Shown here piece by piece: positions 47,638 to 58,543 of a stretch of DNA of 64,000 bases. Origin of the DNA: a virus (Duplodnaviria > Caudoviricetes); IMG/VR virus record IMGVR_UViG_3300011008_002712; one strand, written 5' to 3'. The notes beneath the pieces are model-generated. The model was not told where the DNA came from. It did not search any database and saw nothing but the letters and a program-made list of their open reading frames with translations. The translations under genes were made by a program, and so were the position numbers. Every line of letters starts with the position of its first letter. Position 1 is the first letter of the stretch.

Positions 47638-49613
47638 ACTATCTTATCGAGATTAATCAATTTTTTGATTTCTGTCGTATCATATTTTTCATCATAAAAT
47701 ATTTCGTCAAAAATCAAACATTGAATATGTACATCTACTTCATTAGAACCAGTATTATACACTGTTACTTGATTGTCATCCTCTGTATTAGCATATACAT
47801 CGCCAATAACACCATCTTCTACAGTGCTAGAAGAAAGAATGAATGGCGTTCCAAGCAATAATGTATATGCATCACCAAAGGAAAGAGATTCCTTAGTAAC
47901 GCCTTCGGTTCCATTTAACTTGAGATTAAATAAATCTACATTATGAATATCTTTATTGAAAATATCAATAACGATCCAAGTAAATTCATTTCCAATTGTA
48001 GAAACAACTTCTCCTGATTCATCTGTTGTTAAACCAGTATTATATACAGTAAATGAATTTGTTCCAAGCTTAATATAAATTTCACCATTTCTACCATTCG
48101 TATTTTCGCTTGGGCAGATATAGATAAAATGTTTGTCTACATCCAATTCAAATCCTAATTCTATTTCTGTTCCTTCTAATCCATTGAACAAATCTTGTCC
48201 TGACATGCATTTTTGTGTATTTGTTTCTACAGCTGTTAAATGCATTTTTAAATCTTCGGCGCCAGTATTATGAACGACAAAATATTTTTTTTCTTTTGTT
48301 ACATACATATCGCCAATTGTGCCCAAAGAATTAGAATCATAGTCAACTACTGACGGAACAACTACATAATTCTTTCCAATTAATGATTTTCCGACGTAAT
48401 ATTTATTTTTACGATAAACAATTGCATGTTGTTCATCTTCATTCGTAACATATCCGCCAAATGTAACGCCATTTTGCCTAAACGAATTAATTCCATATAC
48501 TTCTTCATCATGAATAGACGGGATAGAATATCCAATGTTTTGAAGTATATAGTTTGTGCTTTCAATATCACTTGTAAGACGGTTTATCTTATTTTTTAGC
48601 AGTGTTTGATTGATATATAATTCATTTAAAGTAAGAAAGATTTTATTATATTGTTCTTCTCCTATAGCCGATAGATGACGCAAATCTACAATTTGGTCAT
48701 GATATATTACATTAGAGAACTTTTCATCTGGTCTATCTGGAGATGATGAAGAATCAACATAATCAATTCCGCCAAATGGATTATTGACTTGATCGAACCC
48801 AGAGTTATTTATTCTTTTTATGCAGAATAAAGGAATTGCATAAATATATCCGTCAAATGAACGAATTTTAGATATGTCTCCAGTTCCAGCAACATAAAGA
48901 TACGGATCATCATTTGATTTCTCAAAATAAAAATCTGTTTGTTTAAATCCATTCAATGCTGATGGATGAATTTTTTTATTTGGATTTCCATCTGAATCTA
49001 CAAATCCATTTTCACAAAGTTCATCATAGTCTTCATAAATAGAAATACTCCATTGCAATTGAATTCTTCTTGAAGTTTCTAGTTCAATGCGTTCATCAAT
49101 GATATGATAATCTAAAATATCGTTATCTTCATTCCCGTATGCATGAATTGAATCTTGTTCTTTTAATTCCTTAAACCAACATTCTAAAAACACAAAATCG
49201 TTTCTCGTACCAGCTACTGGAGGATTCGGCAAACGTACACTATAATTCTTCAATTCTAAATCTTTGTATGAATATATATTAACTATTTCTCCATTGACAA
49301 TAGCTTTAAATGGAGGCAATTCGAATGAATTTGTATGGTTTTCATCGTTGTTCTCTAATTGAAAACATTTCGATCTATTATGAGAATCATTTTCATCATC
49401 TTCTAAATGATTTACTGTAAGTATTCCAGAATAAGTCATATTACGTATCAGGTCGGCAACTTGTTCTGATTGGATCCATTGAATTTCATTTAGTTCTCGT
49501 TCTGGAACATACGCATTTGTTCCCCAATTGAATGTCTTTATATTTGCCAACTTATTGTATTGCCCTTTTGCAGGCTGATAAAAAGTTGGTGGACGTTTTT
49601 CTGTGCTAGGCAC
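47634..49613 (-). CDS. Tail/baseplate-associated protein, paralogue of 41536-45198
   Basis: ERELNEIQ, DFVFLECW, DERIELETSRRI, YAIPLF.IKR.N, RPD...I.DLR shared with the larger protein. Confidence 0.72.
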   Translation of the reverse strand: MPSTEKRPPTFYQPAKGQYNKLANIKTFNWGTNAYVPERELNEIQWIQSEQVADLIRNMTYSGILTVNHLEDDENDSHNRSKCFQLENNDENHTNSFELPPFKAIVNGEIVNIYSYKDLELKNYSVRLPNPPVAGTRNDFVFLECWFKELKEQDSIHAYGNEDNDILDYHIIDERIELETSRRIQLQWSISIYEDYDELCENGFVDSDGNPNKKIHPSALNGFKQTDFYFEKSNDDPYLYVAGTGDISKIRSFDGYIYAIPLFCIKRINNSGFDQVNNPFGGIDYVDSSSSPDRPDEKFSNVIYHDQIVDLRHLSAIGEEQYNKIFLTLNELYINQTLLKNKINRLTSDIESTNYILQNIGYSIPSIHDEEVYGINSFRQNGVTFGGYVTNEDEQHAIVYRKNKYYVGKSLIGKNYVVVPSVVDYDSNSLGTIGDMYVTKEKKYFVVHNTGAEDLKMHLTAVETNTQKCMSGQDLFNGLEGTEIELGFELDVDKHFIYICPSENTNGRNGEIYIKLGTNSFTVYNTGLTTDESGEVVSTIGNEFTWIVIDIFNKDIHNVDLFNLKLNGTEGVTKESLSFGDAYTLLLGTPFILSSSTVEDGVIGDVYANTEDDNQVTVYNTGSNEVDVHIQCLIFDEIFYDEKYDTTEIKKLINLDKIV

Positions 49614-49617
49614 ATCA

Positions 49618-50280
49618 TCACTTCCTTAATAATAATTGATAATCATATAAAATATTATCTTTGTCAACAGTATTTTTAAATTTTAAATATAAAACTTTAT
49701 TCTTTAAATTAATTGAATTTCCTTTTTTAAAATTTTTATTTTCAAATCCATAGTGGACTGAAATTGGGTATAATGAATGTATTTTTACTTCTAAAAGAGA
49801 ATAATCAAATTTCAATGGTTTCACATCTAAAACTGAATTTTTCTTTAGTTTAATATTATTAATTCCTGCGTCATAGTTTGTACTATTTTCCAAATCTATG
49901 AAATTAAAAATATTAAATTCATATATATAACATTCATCATATCCTCTATTTAAAAAATATTGTTTTTTACATAACATAATATCTTCTAATGTAAACTTTT
50001 CTGGATAACTCAAAAAATCAATAACATTTGATTGCGTTGATTTTTTAATTAATGGTTTTCCTAGAATTTTGTTAGTTGATATTATACCATTTTTATCAAT
50101 ATACAATAATTCATTGTTTTCGTTTTTTTCTTGCTTTTCTATTGTTACTTCTTCTATTTTTTTAAGTTGAGACATATCTTCAAAATATACACCATAATGA
50201 AATTCTGGAATATATTCACTACATCCAACAGAAGAAGTTTTTATATTTTGAGGTATTTCTTGAGGAAAAAGTATATACAC
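49618..50280 (-). CDS. Hypothetical protein in the tail module
   Basis: GAGGAGG RBS; tightly packed between structural genes. Confidence 0.65.
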   Translation of the reverse strand: MYILFPQEIPQNIKTSSVGCSEYIPEFHYGVYFEDMSQLKKIEEVTIEKQEKNENNELLYIDKNGIISTNKILGKPLIKKSTQSNVIDFLSYPEKFTLEDIMLCKKQYFLNRGYDECYIYEFNIFNFIDLENSTNYDAGINNIKLKKNSVLDVKPLKFDYSLLEVKIHSLYPISVHYGFENKNFKKGNSINLKNKVLYLKFKNTVDKDNILYDYQLLLRK

Positions 50281-53200
50281 TCAAACAACCTCCTCATATA
50301 TCAAAATTTCTTTCCCATTTTTTATTTTAGACATTTTTATAGAACACGATTCGCGAATACGTTGATTTGCAGCAGTTTTCATCTTATTTGTCATACCATT
50401 TGTAGTTGTAAATGCACCATCTAGAATCAATTTGTAATTTTCTTCAAACGTCGGAAGAATATAATCTATGCTTATTTTCTCTTCTGGTTTGTCAAATGAT
50501 TCAGACATAACGCCAATATGATGATTTAATTGAAAAATTTCTTCATTAGGTTTTTTGACAGTTTCTTCTAATAATTTATAAGAATATTGTTCGAATGATT
50601 CTTTATTACGTTCAGCTATTGAAGTTTTTGATTGATTCAATGTTCTTGAAAAATCAAAAAATGTTTTTAAAGAATTGTCATTAACGTATCTAAACGAAAT
50701 ATCAGATGTTTCAATATAATTATTTAAATTAAATTCTTCATCTTTCACATCATACTTTTCTTCTGACATTACTTCTAATTTTACGTTTTCAACATTTTCT
50801 TTTGGTTGTTCGTAATATTCGTTTTCTATATAATCATATGATAAAAATAATTCTTCATCTAACCTTGGAGAAAGCGCTGTTTTAAAATGGTTTAAATATG
50901 TATCATTATAAATACTATATGTTCTTATATCATCATTCCACTTATATTTAAATGGAAATTCTGAGAAAAATGAAAAAATATGCGAATATTCACTATCTTC
51001 TGGTTTCTCAATTTCTTCATGTTCTTGAATTTTATAATCTAAATGATATTCTTCTTCTGGAGTTTCAAAAACTTCTGAATTTGTTGCATGAATATGCCCA
51101 GTGTCGTCATCTCTTAATAAATATTCAAACCCAGTAACATAATCATTATCTTCTGTTTTGGCTAAAGCTGGAGAAGATTTTAAAGAAATAGCTTTTAAAC
51201 TGGCTCTTCTAAAATGAATATAATCATTGCCCCATAGATTCCCAATATTCGTAATCAATGTATTTGCCATTGGGCGAATACCATATCTATTTTCTACGCA
51301 TGTTACTAGTGAATCTAAGTGATGCTCATCTTCTGGAATTCTGTCATATTTTTCAATATAATAACTGTTGAAATCTATCAACATTTCAGCTTTAGCTTTA
51401 TCATAAACCTCTTGACAATATATATTGCTATTCCACCAATCATTGTCGTGCAATGTATATTTTGGTCCAATTACATGAGATGAATTAAGTAAATGTTGAT
51501 TATTATGAAACACTAAATCATAATCAATAGATTTCCAACCAAATTTATTTGTTTCTTCAAATGACAATAAATCCCAATTATCTATGTCGCTGTCTTTCCA
51601 TGGAATGCCGTATTTATTCTCATACCAATCACCATAATCTTCTTTCCCAATTAACACAACCATGATAATTGGTATAGTGTGTGCTGGTCTGACTATATCT
51701 ACTAACATTCTAATATCATCATATAACTTGTCAGTGCTAATATTAGATTCTATATCTTTTTCAACTTCTACAACAAAACTATATTGATTCTCATAATGCA
51801 TTGCTTGAGTCATTCCATAATGTTTGTAATCTTTAAATAACTCATATATATGAACATCAAAAGTCGTGTATGTTTGAAGAGCTTTTTCTATAGAATGTTT
51901 TGTAGCTCCCTTTAATAAAGATTCTATCAACGCTGAAACTACTGTACGATATTTTTCTTCTTCCCAGTCGCTTCTCCATGGGACTTGAATCATAGCACCA
52001 AAATTATTATATATAGCATCGCCATGAGCAGTCTCAAGATACATATTATCTTCAAGTATTTTTCTTTCATATTCCAAATCGCCATGCTCAATAGCTATAG
52101 AACGTAAAAGCTTTGGGAAATTCATTCCATCATAAACATCTTTTACATAATCATCTGGAACCATATCAAGCATTTCTTTTGCGTAAGTTGAATACAATTG
52201 AAGGCGATCAGATGCTTCTTTTAACACACTATCGTCTACAGATACATCTAAAGATACTTGTTCTTCTACAAAAACAAAATCATAGTTTTTAAAAGTTATA
52301 TCTATTGGATTTGATATAACGCCTTTTGTCCCATCTAGCAAATAGTAATTTCTATTTGCAGCTGGCTTTAATGTAACTGTAACATATACTGGATTTTTTA
52401 CTAAAATATTGCGTTCAGAAGCAGGAAAAATAACAGTACCCAACATACTTTTATCCTTATTCATAAGCATAATATAATGTACATCATTGCTTACTATAAA
52501 AGGACGTTTATTATTCAAATAATATGTATTATCTGCCAATTGAACATATTGTTCTAAATGAGAGAGCAAAAACACATATTGATCATATGCTGGTTTATGA
52601 TTATTTCCTAAAAAATAATACAAAAGACCGCTAATATTCTTAACTGCAGAAACATCATTTGGATCATAAAATTCATCAACTAACTGAGTTTTAAATGGCA
52701 CAACATTTACTTTAAATGCATTAATAAATTCTCTTAGATCTCTATATGCTTGCAATTGCAAATCATTATAATTCCCATTCTCAGCTTCATGCCCTTGATA
52801 TGTTGACATGAATTCTATGTCTAAATTATAATTATCTCTCTGAGCTTGTGCAACTAAACCTTTTTTTAATTTTTCAATTACTCCTTGATAAATATTGTAA
52901 TTCATCTCAGAATAATTCTGTCTTCCTTGGAATGCAAAAAAATCTATATATTTAAGAAAGCCAGACGGCCCAATATCAGCATCTGAAGGATCTATTCCAT
53001 AATATTCGCCTGTTGCTGTAGCCAACCATCCTGTATGAAAAAGATCTCCATCTTGGTTATAATACTCACTATTAACATATTCTACAATCGCATTACATAT
53101 GCCTGGACCACCGATTTTTATATCATTATACTTTGTATGTATTATCTCATATATATATTTTATTAGTTTGACATATAAATCTGGTGGACATTTTTGCATA

Positions 53201-53634
53201 CCAGCTGCATCACGACTTTCTGGTTCTGTCATGATCTGCCAATATTTAACCCAAGGATATGTGTTTATAATGTCAGCAGCAAAAACAGCATAAGAATTTA
53301 TATTTTGAGAAGTTACAACTGTTGGAAATTCTATCTCTAAAACTAAATTCAAGCTGTATTGATTAATTAATTTTCTATAACTTTCTATACGTTGTTGAAA
53401 AGGCCAAAGATCTCCATTAACACCAGAATTGCCTACATATAATTGATTACTAGAATTTTTATTAATTTGAATAGTGTCAATGACATCAGTGAATTTCAAC
53501 TTATTAATATGAAGAAATAAATCTTCTAGTTTTTGTTGGATCGCTTCTTCTCCAGATAAGTCCTTATATATCCAAACTTCTCCGAGCAAAGCGTCTCCGT
53601 TTTTTAAGCAGGTCAACCTGACGCCTGAGCGCAT
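50281..53634 (-). CDS. Baseplate wedge protein fused to an N-terminal glycoside-hydrolase-like barrel
   Basis: VKYWQIMTEPE/IKIGGPG/IDFFAF clan GH-A-like motifs; YRT....LLKGAT..SI and VRPAHT wedge motifs. Confidence 0.65.
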   Translation of the reverse strand: MRSGVRLTCLKNGDALLGEVWIYKDLSGEEAIQQKLEDLFLHINKLKFTDVIDTIQINKNSSNQLYVGNSGVNGDLWPFQQRIESYRKLINQYSLNLVLEIEFPTVVTSQNINSYAVFAADIINTYPWVKYWQIMTEPESRDAAGMQKCPPDLYVKLIKYIYEIIHTKYNDIKIGGPGICNAIVEYVNSEYYNQDGDLFHTGWLATATGEYYGIDPSDADIGPSGFLKYIDFFAFQGRQNYSEMNYNIYQGVIEKLKKGLVAQAQRDNYNLDIEFMSTYQGHEAENGNYNDLQLQAYRDLREFINAFKVNVVPFKTQLVDEFYDPNDVSAVKNISGLLYYFLGNNHKPAYDQYVFLLSHLEQYVQLADNTYYLNNKRPFIVSNDVHYIMLMNKDKSMLGTVIFPASERNILVKNPVYVTVTLKPAANRNYYLLDGTKGVISNPIDITFKNYDFVFVEEQVSLDVSVDDSVLKEASDRLQLYSTYAKEMLDMVPDDYVKDVYDGMNFPKLLRSIAIEHGDLEYERKILEDNMYLETAHGDAIYNNFGAMIQVPWRSDWEEEKYRTVVSALIESLLKGATKHSIEKALQTYTTFDVHIYELFKDYKHYGMTQAMHYENQYSFVVEVEKDIESNISTDKLYDDIRMLVDIVRPAHTIPIIMVVLIGKEDYGDWYENKYGIPWKDSDIDNWDLLSFEETNKFGWKSIDYDLVFHNNQHLLNSSHVIGPKYTLHDNDWWNSNIYCQEVYDKAKAEMLIDFNSYYIEKYDRIPEDEHHLDSLVTCVENRYGIRPMANTLITNIGNLWGNDYIHFRRASLKAISLKSSPALAKTEDNDYVTGFEYLLRDDDTGHIHATNSEVFETPEEEYHLDYKIQEHEEIEKPEDSEYSHIFSFFSEFPFKYKWNDDIRTYSIYNDTYLNHFKTALSPRLDEELFLSYDYIENEYYEQPKENVENVKLEVMSEEKYDVKDEEFNLNNYIETSDISFRYVNDNSLKTFFDFSRTLNQSKTSIAERNKESFEQYSYKLLEETVKKPNEEIFQLNHHIGVMSESFDKPEEKISIDYILPTFEENYKLILDGAFTTTNGMTNKMKTAANQRIRESCSIKMSKIKNGKEILIYEEVV

Positions 53635-53647
53635 TCTTTCACCTTCT

Positions 53648-55582
53648 TTAACTTTCTATCTGATTCTCAGAAACTATTTCTATATCGATATTATCTAAAA
53701 CAAAATATTCATTTTTTTCTAATTGAATTTTATCAACAGCTAACTGATTTTTCTTAGACAAAGATATTGAATCTAAATCAACTTGTACTATCCCATATGT
53801 ATCTCTAGCTATAGTAGCGATCATAGATTCTTCTATCATTCCACCAAGTCTTGTCAATTTATTTACAAAAGTAGAAATTTTAGTTGCTATTGTATTTCTC
53901 AATATTGTTGATGTTGAGTTTTCATCACAATAAGCTTTCAATAAAATTTGAATTGGAACAGCATATGCTTCTCTTATTAAAATGTCTGCAGTTAATATCC
54001 TTATTCCATTAATACGTTCTTGTAAATTATAAACCAACTGATTATAATTATAAGTTATATTCAAAACATCTCCATCTTGAAGAATGTTATTTTTTAACCA
54101 ATGAATTTTATCTGTTGCATAAATTGAATTACCTAAATCTTCATTTACTTGAGATTCATATCTCTGACCAAGATACGAATTTTTTACCAAAATATAATCT
54201 GGTTCATTATAATATCTTAGATAAATTCTATTGTTTCGTTTTACAAATGTTCTCCCATTCAATCTTTTATCAACAGCTATAATTTTATAAGGAATCCCAT
54301 TATAATATACTTTTTGAAACATTGGAGGAATATCATAAGTAGAAATATCTTCATATGTAACTAATGCCCAGTTAATTGAATAGTTGATGTTATATAAATA
54401 ATTAATTGCTTCTTGTAATTCTTCATCTATTCTTCTTTTAAGAAGTTCTATTTCTGTGGCATCGCTAATATCTAATGCATACAAACTAGAGTCTGGAAAT
54501 GTATCTGTAATAGAAAAATCCCACAAAATGTCTTTATAATATGTGGTATTTTCTATATTATCGGAAGACACTCCATATTCTACTTCATAATCATCTGCAT
54601 TATCATAAATATATCCAGAAGCTGAGCTCTGTATAGAAATAATATTAGAAACAGGCTGATGTGGCAAAGTAATATCTAAATCATCTTGACTTAGATAAGA
54701 AGTTGACAAATTGATATTCAATGTAGATTCTACATTTTGCTTTCCTCTTATCCATATATCAACCATTCCGCCTCTGCCATAAACATATTCTTGAGCGGCA
54801 TTCAAATATCCTCCATCACGGAACATAATAGAATCCGCTCCGCCAATAACTAATGCATCATCAACATAATCTTGTTGAATTGCGAACTTCAAATAACCAT
54901 TCTTCGTACAAATACTAGCACCAAGAATAGACAACATGATTCTAAATCGTAATGATACATCGTTTTCTTTATCTTCTCCGCCAGTAGTAGCTATTAAATT
55001 ATTGCAACTATCTACTCCTTGGATAATGGACGTCATTACTGTTATTGTTCCAGCAGAAACATTTGAATTTTGCCCGTAGTCAACAGCTTCTATATCAACT
55101 TCAATATATCTATAATTTGTCAAATAGTCTTTTTGTAAAGATAACACATTGCGTTTAGATACATACACAGATTCCGTTGTAACAAATTCCTTGTATGGTA
55201 CTGAAGAAGTTTCCATAGTCGCTATAACAAAATTTGCAGGAATATAAACGCTTTCTGGAAGAGATTCAGAAGATTCATCTACTCTGTTTGTCCCAGAAAT
55301 ATAGAATCTCACTCTTCCAGTCGCTTTAGAAGCTGCTTTTCTTTCTGTGAAATAATTTCTACCTAGTCTGTCCAAATCATCTCCAGATGCAGTAAGAACA
55401 GATTGATTGATTTCCATTATTTTCATATCTGCATAAGTCGACGCCAATTCGTCACTAACTGGAGATATAATAACATCTGACATCCATGTTCCTGGTTTTG
55501 TATCTGCTTCTGGAAGCCTGTCATTTATATTATTTCTTATGCTTTGATATAATTCATCAAATATTTTTTGTCTTATCATCAT
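53648..55582 (-). CDS. Baseplate J/gp6-like wedge protein
   Basis: TASGDDLDRLG..Y..ERK.A..ATG.V.F, NV.AG.I, GGEDKEND..LR.R. Confidence 0.85.
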   Translation of the reverse strand: MMIRQKIFDELYQSIRNNINDRLPEADTKPGTWMSDVIISPVSDELASTYADMKIMEINQSVLTASGDDLDRLGRNYFTERKAASKATGRVRFYISGTNRVDESSESLPESVYIPANFVIATMETSSVPYKEFVTTESVYVSKRNVLSLQKDYLTNYRYIEVDIEAVDYGQNSNVSAGTITVMTSIIQGVDSCNNLIATTGGEDKENDVSLRFRIMLSILGASICTKNGYLKFAIQQDYVDDALVIGGADSIMFRDGGYLNAAQEYVYGRGGMVDIWIRGKQNVESTLNINLSTSYLSQDDLDITLPHQPVSNIISIQSSASGYIYDNADDYEVEYGVSSDNIENTTYYKDILWDFSITDTFPDSSLYALDISDATEIELLKRRIDEELQEAINYLYNINYSINWALVTYEDISTYDIPPMFQKVYYNGIPYKIIAVDKRLNGRTFVKRNNRIYLRYYNEPDYILVKNSYLGQRYESQVNEDLGNSIYATDKIHWLKNNILQDGDVLNITYNYNQLVYNLQERINGIRILTADILIREAYAVPIQILLKAYCDENSTSTILRNTIATKISTFVNKLTRLGGMIEESMIATIARDTYGIVQVDLDSISLSKKNQLAVDKIQLEKNEYFVLDNIDIEIVSENQIES

Positions 55583-55591
55583 TTCACCTCC

Positions 55592-56131
55592 TTATAAATA
55601 AATTGATTGATCTAATATTTCTTCTGATTGATTTTTTATTGTTACGTGCAAGTTATATCCTCTATCAAATTGATCTGTTTGAACAGATTCTACATCTAAT
55701 AGTATTTCATCATCTGTCATATTTTTATATTCATCATTTTCAATCAATTGCAACAATCTCAAATATTCTAATGACATTCTTACTGCCATTTCACATTTTG
55801 CAGCTGGCATATTGACAATTTTTGTTCCAATAATATTATGAATTGTTGATCCCCAACGTTCAAAATATTGATTGTTGCCTCTAACATCATTAATAATTTT
55901 AAGCATTTCTTGCTGCAATTTTATAGTGCCAGTAGCAAGCACTGGATTTCCAGAAACATCAAATGTAATATCATAATAATATCCAGTGCCTTTGCATTTT
56001 GGACACAAATCATAATCATATTGTTTGTGATTTGCATAATGATCACATTGACAAAAATATTTTATATCTGTAGACATAATTTCACCTGCATTATTGGTTA
56101 GAATCTTCGCGAGGAGCATTTTTATCAACAT
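55592..56131 (-). CDS. Baseplate gp25/gpW-like protein
   Basis: G..KLQQE..KI....G......WGS pattern; position before baseplate J. Confidence 0.6.
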   Translation of the reverse strand: MLIKMLLAKILTNNAGEIMSTDIKYFCQCDHYANHKQYDYDLCPKCKGTGYYYDITFDVSGNPVLATGTIKLQQEMLKIINDVRGNNQYFERWGSTIHNIIGTKIVNMPAAKCEMAVRMSLEYLRLLQLIENDEYKNMTDDEILLDVESVQTDQFDRGYNLHVTIKNQSEEILDQSIYL

Positions 56132-57029
56132 GTCCAGCGGATTCAGATATCGTAGAACCAGTCATTGTGATTCCACCGGAATCCATGCCAAATATTGTCT
56201 TTCCTTGAACTACTATATTAACGCCGTCTGGAGAAATCCATATACCAGACATCTTTCCTTCTCCTCCGCCAGTTGCTGAGATTTCTATATGACCATTATC
56301 TGCATCCATACGAATCCACAATGTACAATCATCTTGCGCTGATTCTTCTCTTGAAGCAGAATCTCTATCTTGATCACCAGCAACAGCCCAAGCTTTTAAA
56401 TCTAATTTGTTAGACCATCTATTATGAATATAATTGTTTCCCGCTCCTTTCATACAAAGCTCACCTGGCTTTAAATAAGGAGTACATGCTTTATATTGTG
56501 GATTTATATATCCTAAAATATACGCATTGTGTTTTCTTCCAAACCCAATAATAACTTCAGAATTAAGTGGCGGAAGATAATTATATCCACACCAAGAATC
56601 TTGTCCAACCCAAATAAACGGATACGTCAAAGGAATTTTTTCTTCATTTGATGTATTTTTTACTTCATCTAAAGTGCGATCTTCTGGATTATAAGAGATG
56701 TCAGTATAATCTGTCATATCTTGTTGTGTTGGTGAAACGAAACCTGATAAATTTAGCGTTAGAAGTACTTTGCCAGTTGATTCGTTAACAGCACTTTTAA
56801 CTTCTAAATTATTTGTTGAAACCGGATTTAAATTATTTAAATTCGGATTCCATATTTTTGCTGTTCTTATGAACATAATTGTATTTTTATCAAGAGCATT
56901 GTCTTCTGTTTGACCATACTCATAATATTTATCTGTTGGATTAAGAGGTGGTTTTTGATTATCTAAAACCTCCCTTAACATCGCTTCATCTTCTTCTGTG
57001 AAGATATTATCATCATCCATATTTAACAT
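56091..57029 (-). CDS. Baseplate central spike (gpV/gp5 OB-fold-like)
   Basis: LPPLNSEVIIGF...ILG, LKPGE motif, beta-helix-like C-terminus. Confidence 0.6.
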   Translation of the reverse strand: MLNMDDDNIFTEEDEAMLREVLDNQKPPLNPTDKYYEYGQTEDNALDKNTIMFIRTAKIWNPNLNNLNPVSTNNLEVKSAVNESTGKVLLTLNLSGFVSPTQQDMTDYTDISYNPEDRTLDEVKNTSNEEKIPLTYPFIWVGQDSWCGYNYLPPLNSEVIIGFGRKHNAYILGYINPQYKACTPYLKPGELCMKGAGNNYIHNRWSNKLDLKAWAVAGDQDRDSASREESAQDDCTLWIRMDADNGHIEISATGGGEGKMSGIWISPDGVNIVVQGKTIFGMDSGGITMTGSTISESAGHVDKNAPREDSNQ

Positions 57030-57055
57030 CCTTTCATTTCTTATCTAAATAAAAA

Positions 57056-57078
57056 ATACCTCGAAACTTTCGAGGTAT
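57056..57078 (-). terminator. Terminator
   Basis: atacctcgaa-act-ttcgaggtat with a T-run. Confidence 0.7.
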
Positions 57079-57129
57079 AATGAATTTTTGTTTACATTTT
57101 TATAGATTTTTCAATCGGTAAACAATTAC

Positions 57130-57609
57130 TCATTTTGGCGTTGCTTTAGCTGCAACACTCCCAGCTTGCTTTTTTTGTTCCTCTTCTTGTTGTGCTTTTT
57201 TATCTCGTTCTTTTTCAATTTCTGCTTGCTTATTTGCTTTTTCTTCAGCTGCTTTTTCTTTTTGTTCCGTTTCAGAATTATTATCGCCAATACCAGATTT
57301 TGATTTACTTGCTTTTTTCGCCTCTTTCATAACAGCTGAAATATTTTTTATAATTTCAACAGCACCCATTGCACCAACAAGTTTAGGTAAAATATTACCT
57401 GGCATTGCTTTGGCTAATATTGCTGATGCTACTCCAGCTTGAGCTAATTTGCCAGCCAACGAACCAAGATTTAATTGTTGTGTTACATTTGTTTTTGTTT
57501 TAAGGTCTTCTGCTTTTGATTTCATTTCATTCATTTTATTTTTTGCATCATTTGTTGCATTTTTAGCAGATTCTTTTTTGCTTGCTATTGCACTAGCTGG
57601 ATTAGCCAT
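57130..57609 (-). CDS. Hypothetical Ala/Lys-rich protein
   Basis: AAGGTGA RBS; central hydrophobic stretch. Confidence 0.65.
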   Translation of the reverse strand: MANPASAIASKKESAKNATNDAKNKMNEMKSKAEDLKTKTNVTQQLNLGSLAGKLAQAGVASAILAKAMPGNILPKLVGAMGAVEIIKNISAVMKEAKKASKSKSGIGDNNSETEQKEKAAEEKANKQAEIEKERDKKAQQEEEQKKQAGSVAAKATPK

Positions 57610-57653
57610 GTAATATCACCTTCAATAATTAATTTTGAACATCAGTTTTTTAT

Positions 57654-58526
57654 TTAGAAAAAATTCTTAGTTTTTTCTTTTTTAGAATCCGTCAACAAGG
57701 ATGTGTTTGTTCTGAATTCAGACGTTGTTTGAGATGTAGATTCTGGATTTTTATTATAACTTCCAGGTTTACTTTTTACTTTTATAGTATATTTATTTTC
57801 AGTTTTTTCAATTATAGTAATATCAGCGCCGTTATTCTTTTTCTTTTTTGCTATTTCATTTGTTTCTGCAAGTTTTTCAGCATTCATTTTCGCTTCTTCT
57901 TCTGACCGTCCGTCTTGAATTGCTTTGTTATATCCATCATCATATGCTTCTTTTTTAGTCTTTTCTAAAAGTATCTTTTTCCCCTCAGATTCACTTTGAG
58001 AAGGAATAATATCTCTTTGATTATCATTTATTGCTGGATTATTAAAATCATTTTGGCTATTTGTTTCTTGTTTTCTTTCTGAAACAATTTCGCTTCCATC
58101 TGCATTCTTTTGAGTTATTATTTGACTTCCATCTTGTTTTGTTTCAATTACAGTTTCTACACCATCTGGATCTTTAGATTTATCTAATGTATGATCTTCT
58201 GTTGCAGTTGTTGTTTGTTCAGTACTTTTACCAGATACCGTTTTATTGCCTAAGATTAATCCATTTGGAATTTCTATTGTTTGACCAACATGTTCATTTA
58301 AAGTTTGATTAATTTGATTTTCAGAAAAAGCTAATGAACTACCAAAAAAGCCGGGATTTAATGAAATCAATGCATGAGCAAATTCTATTAATTGTTCTTG
58401 AACAGGATCTGTTTCAGTCTGATTTCTAAATGCACTACTAGAAAAATAATCTTTTGTATCTATGTCAGATTTTACTTTTATAACAAAAGCATCACCATTG
58501 CTCATAGTCTTTTTTTCATCAGCCAT
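57654..58526 (-). CDS. Hypothetical protein in the tail module
   Basis: GAGGAG RBS; 290 aa. Confidence 0.65.
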   Translation of the reverse strand: MADEKKTMSNGDAFVIKVKSDIDTKDYFSSSAFRNQTETDPVQEQLIEFAHALISLNPGFFGSSLAFSENQINQTLNEHVGQTIEIPNGLILGNKTVSGKSTEQTTTATEDHTLDKSKDPDGVETVIETKQDGSQIITQKNADGSEIVSERKQETNSQNDFNNPAINDNQRDIIPSQSESEGKKILLEKTKKEAYDDGYNKAIQDGRSEEEAKMNAEKLAETNEIAKKKKNNGADITIIEKTENKYTIKVKSKPGSYNKNPESTSQTTSEFRTNTSLLTDSKKEKTKNFF

Positions 58527-58543
58527 TATTTCTCCTCTTTTCT

